Source: a virus
DNA: 10,864 nt
Strand: one strand, 5' to 3'
Virus genome (UHGV): UHGV-1747598
This document shows, in pieces, positions 6,116 to 10,864 of this stretch; the first letter of the stretch is position 1, and each line of letters opens with the position of its first letter. The translations under genes and the position numbers were made by a program. The notes under the pieces were generated by a model, which was not told where the DNA came from, did no database searches, and was given only the letters and a program-made list of their open reading frames with translations.

Positions 6116-6720
6116 GCGTTTACTCTCAGATTATCAATTAAATGAATGGCCGGGGCAGGGAAATAATCCCCTTCGACAATAATGGACTCCGGGGTGTAGG
6201 GATAAACCGTCAGGGCATCGCCGTGATAGCATCCCGTACCAACGAAAATCTTTCCGTTCACACTCAGGCTGATCGCCAGCCCCGTCAGATGGCGACTTAC
6301 TGGTTTTGCATCCGCAATAAGGCGCTCAAGTTCCTGATACATTTCATCGGTGATGCCCTGATCAAGTACTCCGACAACAATGCGAAATGTTCCTGGCTCC
6401 TCGTTGAGTTGCCACCACTCCTTTACTTCAATCAGGTAGCCGAGAGGCTCCACGGCTCTTCGCAGTGCGCTGATGGTCCCTTTGTGTCGGTGTATCAGCC
6501 ATGCATCACGAATCACCTGTCGCTTTGTCTCTTCCGGCCAGTTGCGATCCCAGCGGTCAACGGAAAACGCCCAGGCGAGATAAGGCAGCAGATGCGCCGG
6601 GCATGTGTCCGGCGACCACAGCGTGTTGAGGTCTACCGGAATGTCTGTAATGCGTGTTCCGACGGCTTCGGCGCAACGCATGAAATTGCTGGCTGATGGT
6701 GGTAACAACGAATTACTCAT
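6112..6720 (-). CDS. Baseplate/tail protein I (P2 gpI-like)
   Basis: Product contains WSPDTCPAHLLPYLAWAFSVDRWD, HKGTISALRRAVEPLGY and ADAKPVSRHL, as I recall for gpI. The likely start is the ATG at 6720, which overlaps the gpJ stop (ATGAGTAA), rather than the longer ORF listed from 6753. Confidence 0.8.
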   Translation of the reverse strand: MSNSLLPPSASNFMRCAEAVGTRITDIPVDLNTLWSPDTCPAHLLPYLAWAFSVDRWDRNWPEETKRQVIRDAWLIHRHKGTISALRRAVEPLGYLIEVKEWWQLNEEPGTFRIVVGVLDQGITDEMYQELERLIADAKPVSRHLTGLAISLSVNGKIFVGTGCYHGDALTVYPYTPESIIVEGDYFPAPAIHLIDNLRVNA

Positions 6721-7609
6721 TGCGCCCACCTTCGCTGATGGTGAATGACTCACAGCACGCCGCCTGTATGTCGCTGATGGCCATATTCTGTGTGGGTTCG
6801 ATTATCTCCACGCGTTGCACACCGTGCACATGCAGTGCGGCAGCAATGGCGGACAACGCCACGTCCTGACCGATAAGCCCCTGTTCAGCCAGCCACTTCC
6901 TGAACGACGATTCAGCCGCGGCCAGAATAGGTTCGGATTCCGGGCCGGGGTAAAAGTACAGTTTTGCATTCAGCCGCCATGTCACGATTCTGGCGCTCTG
7001 TACGGTCAGGCGGTCGGCCACCGGGCGGGTATCCTCTGCATTCAGAACGGCGCGAACGGTATTAAGCAACGCCTCCGTTGCTGTGCCGTCGCCTTCAGTG
7101 GACAGAATGGAAACCGTCACACAGGCCGGAGACGGGCTGATGGCCCGCGCATCACGCACCAGACCGCTGGCGCTGCGTGCAAAATACTCGTATGCGCCTG
7201 ACGGGCCAGCAACACTCAGGCCGTCGTACGCCCGCTGCGCCCGCAATCTCAGCGAGGTGTCGCTCTCCATCACCGCGTCGGTGGTATCCGTTGCCGGAGT
7301 GATAACCAGGCGCTTTGTGTTCATATTGCCCGCGAGGTTGTCCAGGTTTGTCCCTGAACCGTGGCTTAACATGCAGGCGCGTGCGCCCTCGTTAACCCGC
7401 TGGCGTAACAGCATTTCACGAAAAGACATGGTTTGAGCGATAACGTTCAGGGGTTCCGATTCCAGCTCCAGCGCGGCGGAGACGGCTTCACGCTGTTCGG
7501 CAGGATAGGACGCAATCATCATGGCCTTTGTGTCAGCCAGAATTGCTTCAAAATCAGGCTCCGCGATGATGGCGGGTTCCGGTAACTGGGAAAGGTCAAC
7601 GGCAGGCAT
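6713..7609 (-). CDS. Baseplate assembly protein J (P2 gpJ-like)
   Basis: 298 aa, the size of gpJ, with its position between the W and I homologs conserved. Confidence 0.8.
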   Translation of the reverse strand: MPAVDLSQLPEPAIIAEPDFEAILADTKAMMIASYPAEQREAVSAALELESEPLNVIAQTMSFREMLLRQRVNEGARACMLSHGSGTNLDNLAGNMNTKRLVITPATDTTDAVMESDTSLRLRAQRAYDGLSVAGPSGAYEYFARSASGLVRDARAISPSPACVTVSILSTEGDGTATEALLNTVRAVLNAEDTRPVADRLTVQSARIVTWRLNAKLYFYPGPESEPILAAAESSFRKWLAEQGLIGQDVALSAIAAALHVHGVQRVEIIEPTQNMAISDIQAACCESFTISEGGRNE

Positions 7610-7612
7610 GAT

Positions 7613-7963
7613 TTACTCCCTCAGCGTGATGGTTAATTCAACATTCTGCATGGTCTGCATGACAGTGCCCGACAGAGTCACCCCGGCGCGGCCTCCTGCC
7701 TTCCAGACAACGTCGATGGCGTCCAGGGCAATGCGGGGTTCCCATCGTGTCAGCGCAATCACGGCAGCACTCATGCATTGCAGACGAGTTGTGTTATTCA
7801 TGGGTTCGTCAATCAAATCAGGCACAAGGCTGCCATATTCCCGTCGCATAACCCGGCTTGCCAGCGGGGTGATCAGGATGTCCCTGACTGACTGTTTCAG
7901 GTGCTCCATATCGTTCAGGTTTCCCGTCCCGTCCGGATTCATTCCTGTGTAGCGGGTTGTCAC
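7613..7963 (-). CDS. Baseplate wedge protein W (GPW/gp25 family)
   Basis: 116 aa with the conserved order V-W-J. Its start overlaps the gpV stop by 4 nt. Confidence 0.8.
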   Translation of the reverse strand: MTTRYTGMNPDGTGNLNDMEHLKQSVRDILITPLASRVMRREYGSLVPDLIDEPMNNTTRLQCMSAAVIALTRWEPRIALDAIDVVWKAGGRAGVTLSGTVMQTMQNVELTITLRE

Positions 7964-8541
7964 TGCGGGCCTCCTGTCGAATCGCTGCCGCCTTTCACGC
8001 CACCGTGTTTATGCGTATGCACTGTGATGCCGTTTGAGGTGAAGTTGCCGCCGCTGTGCGTGATATTGCCGCTCATCTTTCCTCCTTTTGTGACGTCAAG
8101 CGTCGCCGTTCTCAGAAGGTTTGTGCATTCCACGACGGGCGTGTCCAGTTTCACGCTGACGGATGCCTGTAAAGTGGCCGTTTTCATGCCGCTGGCGCTC
8201 AGTGCGCCAGCGTCTGCGTCGTAGCGGAACACCGCGCCGTCCGGCGCGCTGATCACGATTTCTTTCAGGCTTTTGCCGGGGGCCGGACTGGCATCACTCC
8301 ACAGGCTGCCAATTATCATGGCGGTTTCCGGGTTGCCGCCAATGCAGGCAATTACCACCTGTTCGCCTGGTGATGGCGGCAGCCACACATTGAAGGCTCC
8401 CGCGCGCGTGGTGTTCCAGCGCAGCCAGCCTGTTTCCAGTTCGCCGCTGCGAACGCGCACGCGCCAGGACTTCTCATCAACTTCAGAGATGATCCCGGTG
8501 CGGATGATATTGCTCAGCAGTCGCATGAGTTCTGCGCTCAC
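7960..8541 (-). CDS. Baseplate spike/assembly protein V (P2 gpV-like)
   Basis: 193-aa product with an N-terminal OB-fold-like region and a Gly-rich C-terminus (GGKMSGNITHSGGNFTSNGITVHTHKHGG), typical of gpV spikes. Its start overlaps the upstream gene stop by 4 nt. Confidence 0.8.
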   Translation of the reverse strand: MSAELMRLLSNIIRTGIISEVDEKSWRVRVRSGELETGWLRWNTTRAGAFNVWLPPSPGEQVVIACIGGNPETAMIIGSLWSDASPAPGKSLKEIVISAPDGAVFRYDADAGALSASGMKTATLQASVSVKLDTPVVECTNLLRTATLDVTKGGKMSGNITHSGGNFTSNGITVHTHKHGGVKGGSDSTGGPQ

Positions 8542-9173
8542 CGTACAGCCTCCGCAATCCGGCCCAGCACCGTGTTATAAATCAGGCGCTCATCTGCCTG
8601 GCTGATACCCAGCAGCTCACGTACCGGGTAATCGGTGAAAATGCCCGGCGCAACCTGATCGCGCTCACCGAACTGATGAACGCGGGCAATACGTGCGGCC
8701 ACGCCGCTGTAACCCACCGTCACACCGGAAGCATCTGCACGGGCTTTCAGGTAGCGGGCGGTGCGCAGTTTTACAAACATGGGGACGCGCTTTGTGCTGT
8801 CCTGGTTGATGCGCCGGGTGCGTATTTCCAGAAAACGGTCGATGTCATCCCGGTAAAACGTGCGGATATTGTTTTTATCCTCATCCCACCCGGTAATGGT
8901 TCGCCCGTATTTCCCCGTGTCGTGATGCCAGTTTTTCAGCGTGCGTGCTTCGTTATTCCAGATAAAGCGAATGCGCTCCTGTATCCGGGTTACGCGGCGT
9001 CTGCGTGGTGTCCATTCGGTCCCGTCCGGCGCTTTTTGTGATCGGATACGTGCCTGCTGGGCGCGACGTAAATCCTGTGCCAGCTTTCTGGCGATGTTAT
9101 TGATGGCCTGCTGATTCAGGCTGTCGCGGATAGCCTCAAAGGTTTCATCCACGCTGGTGAATGCCTTATCCAT
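8538..9173 (-). CDS. Phage virion morphogenesis / tail completion protein (gpS-like)
   Basis: It occupies the gpS position between the R and V homologs. The likely start is the ATG at 9173, which overlaps the gpR stop (ATGGATAA). The basic, Arg-rich product fits my impression of the virion-morphogenesis family. Confidence 0.55.
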   Translation of the reverse strand: MDKAFTSVDETFEAIRDSLNQQAINNIARKLAQDLRRAQQARIRSQKAPDGTEWTPRRRRVTRIQERIRFIWNNEARTLKNWHHDTGKYGRTITGWDEDKNNIRTFYRDDIDRFLEIRTRRINQDSTKRVPMFVKLRTARYLKARADASGVTVGYSGVAARIARVHQFGERDQVAPGIFTDYPVRELLGISQADERLIYNTVLGRIAEAVR

Positions 9174-9633
9174 CGCTTTCACCCCACGTCACATCCTGGA
9201 ATACATGCGACCAGTCGCCTTCGGAAGAGGGCAGACGGGGTTTTGGCTCCGGCAGGTGTTCTGCCTGCGGTGTGCCCTGACTGTTGCGCGTGATGCGAAC
9301 GCGTTCCCGCAGGGGGAGCGTAAACAGGAGATCGGCGCTGTCATCGTCATTGATAACGGCAGAAAATTTGATGTCCTGATTACGCTCCGGATTGAGCAAC
9401 AACTGTGGCTGATTTTCGGATAACCACGCCAGCAGCGGCAGCGTGAGGTCGTCCAGCTCTCCGGCGTAATCCATGACAAACATCACCATCTGATAGCGGT
9501 AAACAAACGAGGGCGCTTCTCCGGTCGTTTCAATGTTGCCGCTCTCCACGAAAATGGTGAATTTCTCGGGATTAGCCTGGCACCACCGACACCCATGAAG
9601 CATGGACTCTCGCAGACTGTTTGTCTTAAGCAT
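9166..9633 (-). CDS. Tail completion protein R (P2 gpR-like)
   Basis: 155 aa, the size of P2 gpR. N-terminal MLK..SLR and the central LPLLAWL.ENQP motif match my recollection of gpR. GGAGAG RBS upstream. Confidence 0.65.
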   Translation of the reverse strand: MLKTNSLRESMLHGCRWCQANPEKFTIFVESGNIETTGEAPSFVYRYQMVMFVMDYAGELDDLTLPLLAWLSENQPQLLLNPERNQDIKFSAVINDDDSADLLFTLPLRERVRITRNSQGTPQAEHLPEPKPRLPSSEGDWSHVFQDVTWGESDG

Positions 9634-9656
9634 CTGTTTTGCTCTCCTGCTCTTCC

Positions 9657-10864
9657 TTATGCTGCGGGATTATTGATTTCCAGCACCAGGCTGCCGATAT
9701 CGACGCCGTACGCGGCATTTTTAGTGATATCAGTTAACGTCAGCGCATTCAGCCCCAGTGTCAGACTGTCTTTTATGACCTGGAATGCCGGGCCAGCCAC
9801 TCCATTCAGTTTCGGAGTAACCGTGGCACTGCCGGCGGTGAACACCAGCTCCAGCGTCTGCCAGTCGTTACTGTAATTCCCGAACTCGCCCAACTTTGTG
9901 TTTCCTGCTTTCTTGTGATGCATCAGATTCAGTTTGCCGTCTGTGGTCTGGGTGAAGAACGACATCAGGAACGGGTTACCAGTCCCGGTCATCGCCACGA
10001 CGTCAGGTAACGCTACATCGGTATACAGATAAATTCCCAGACCGAACTGATTGTTGGTCAGTGCGCCTGACAGTCGAAACTTACAGCTCAGTCTGCCACC
10101 CCGTGTCAGCAGGGAGACTGCGTCATCCACCGGATGCATCAGGGACCAGGTTTTATTGCTCTGCTTGGTAACCTTAAACACACCATCTTCCAGCGCAACA
10201 CTGCCGCCGGTGATGGTCCAGCCCTGCGCAGCAGCCTCTCCGGCTGTCGGCAGCAGGGAGACTGTACGAACGGATGTGTCACCATCAGACGGCCCCGATG
10301 GCGTGTCGCCGCCGGGCGAGGGTTTAATCTCCGGTGCGGTACCGCTGATGAAGGCGCTGGTTCGACCAACTGCGTTCAGAATAGCGGTTGCCAGGCGATC
10401 CGAAATAATGCCCCTGCGCGCCCATGAACTGAAATGTGTCGGACGATTTGACGATACCCAATTACCATTACTACGGGATTGCGCGCCGTAATAACCTGCA
10501 TCAGCAATATCCGGGTCTTCTGCCGGTAAGTTGGTGGGCGTGTTGTTGCCGTTACCGTCGGTCATGAACGGCACAAAGAAAACGTTGTCGCTCTCCCTGT
10601 TTTTGTACGCGCCGTAGACGGAGTCATACTGTGTGCCGTATGTGTTTTTCCAGTAATACGTCGTGTCGCCACAAATCCACGGTACAACTGCAGCACTGCC
10701 GCCATGGCACTGCGCGTTAAATCCGGAAAGGTCAGTACGGAACTGCTTCAGCATGGCCGTGAACAGGTCCGGTTGCTGTGCGTAGGTGGCAGCGCTCATG
10801 TCAAATTCGCCCTGCATCCAGCACACCGCCAGCAACACATTTTTCGGGTTCTTCTGTAATGCAG
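9657..10864 (-). CDS. Partial CDS (N-terminus outside window): C-terminal part of a NanS-like sialate O-acetylesterase domain fused to a beta-rich, lectin-like C-terminal domain
   Basis: The frame is open to the window edge. Motifs CWMQGEFD, PWICGDTTYYWK, PAEDPD and HFSSWARRGIISDR resemble what I recall of E. coli NanS and prophage NanS-p esterases. The C-terminal ~200 aa are Gly/Thr-rich. It ends 23 bp upstream of gpR in the same orientation. Confidence 0.4.
   Translation of the reverse strand, partial: ALQKNPKNVLLAVCWMQGEFDMSAATYAQQPDLFTAMLKQFRTDLSGFNAQCHGGSAAVVPWICGDTTYYWKNTYGTQYDSVYGAYKNRESDNVFFVPFMTDGNGNNTPTNLPAEDPDIADAGYYGAQSRSNGNWVSSNRPTHFSSWARRGIISDRLATAILNAVGRTSAFISGTAPEIKPSPGGDTPSGPSDGDTSVRTVSLLPTAGEAAAQGWTITGGSVALEDGVFKVTKQSNKTWSLMHPVDDAVSLLTRGGRLSCKFRLSGALTNNQFGLGIYLYTDVALPDVVAMTGTGNPFLMSFFTQTTDGKLNLMHHKKAGNTKLGEFGNYSNDWQTLELVFTAGSATVTPKLNGVAGPAFQVIKDSLTLGLNALTLTDITKNAAYGVDIGSLVLEINNPAA

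Larger units (their letters stand above)
1..10864. mobile_element. P2-type phage tail module (prophage or tailocin-like cluster) spanning the window
   Basis: Contiguous homologs of P2 T, U, R, S, V, W, J, I and H plus Tfa and a Hin-family invertase. No host housekeeping genes are seen. Confidence 0.75.

Noticed and set aside
4107-10491. Remaining short ORFs overlapping the cassette C, H, I, J, W, V, S, R and esterase-like genes (e.g. 4107..4298 +, 4509..4724 +, 5004..5456 +, 5386..5577 -, 5737..5925 -, 6142..6696 +, 6815..7201 +, 7083..7436 +, 7521..7952 +, 7901..8224 +, 8273..8605 +, 8676..9041 +, 9157..9423 +, 9189..9479 -, 9595..9876 +, 10051..10491 +, 10134..10427 +, 10139..10369 -)
   Set aside because: All lie inside a contiguous, translationally coupled tail operon on the - strand. 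Their translations are Arg/Ser/Pro/Cys-rich without recognisable motifs, consistent with shadow ORFs.

Overview
This window is a P2-type myovirus tail module, either a prophage or a phage-tail-like particle cluster, with enterobacterial-looking composition. On the + strand are the 3' part of a tape-measure gene and a gpU-like gene, ending at a perfect 12-bp-stem hairpin. Convergent on the - strand is a tightly overlapping operon: a partial esterase-like gene, then R, S, V, W, J, I and the H tail fiber. Between the two arms sits a Hin/Gin/Pin/Cin-family serine DNA invertase gene next to a ~2.5-kb segment. That segment holds four hix/gix-like 26-bp crossover sites (two per orientation), four alternative tail-fiber C-terminal cassettes (one fused in frame to H, three silent and start-less) and a single tail-fiber assembly gene. 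This four-site, four-cassette receptor-binding-domain shuffling module is the most interesting system here. All calls rest on reading the six-frame translations and the DNA by eye and on recalled family resemblance; no database search or alignment was run.
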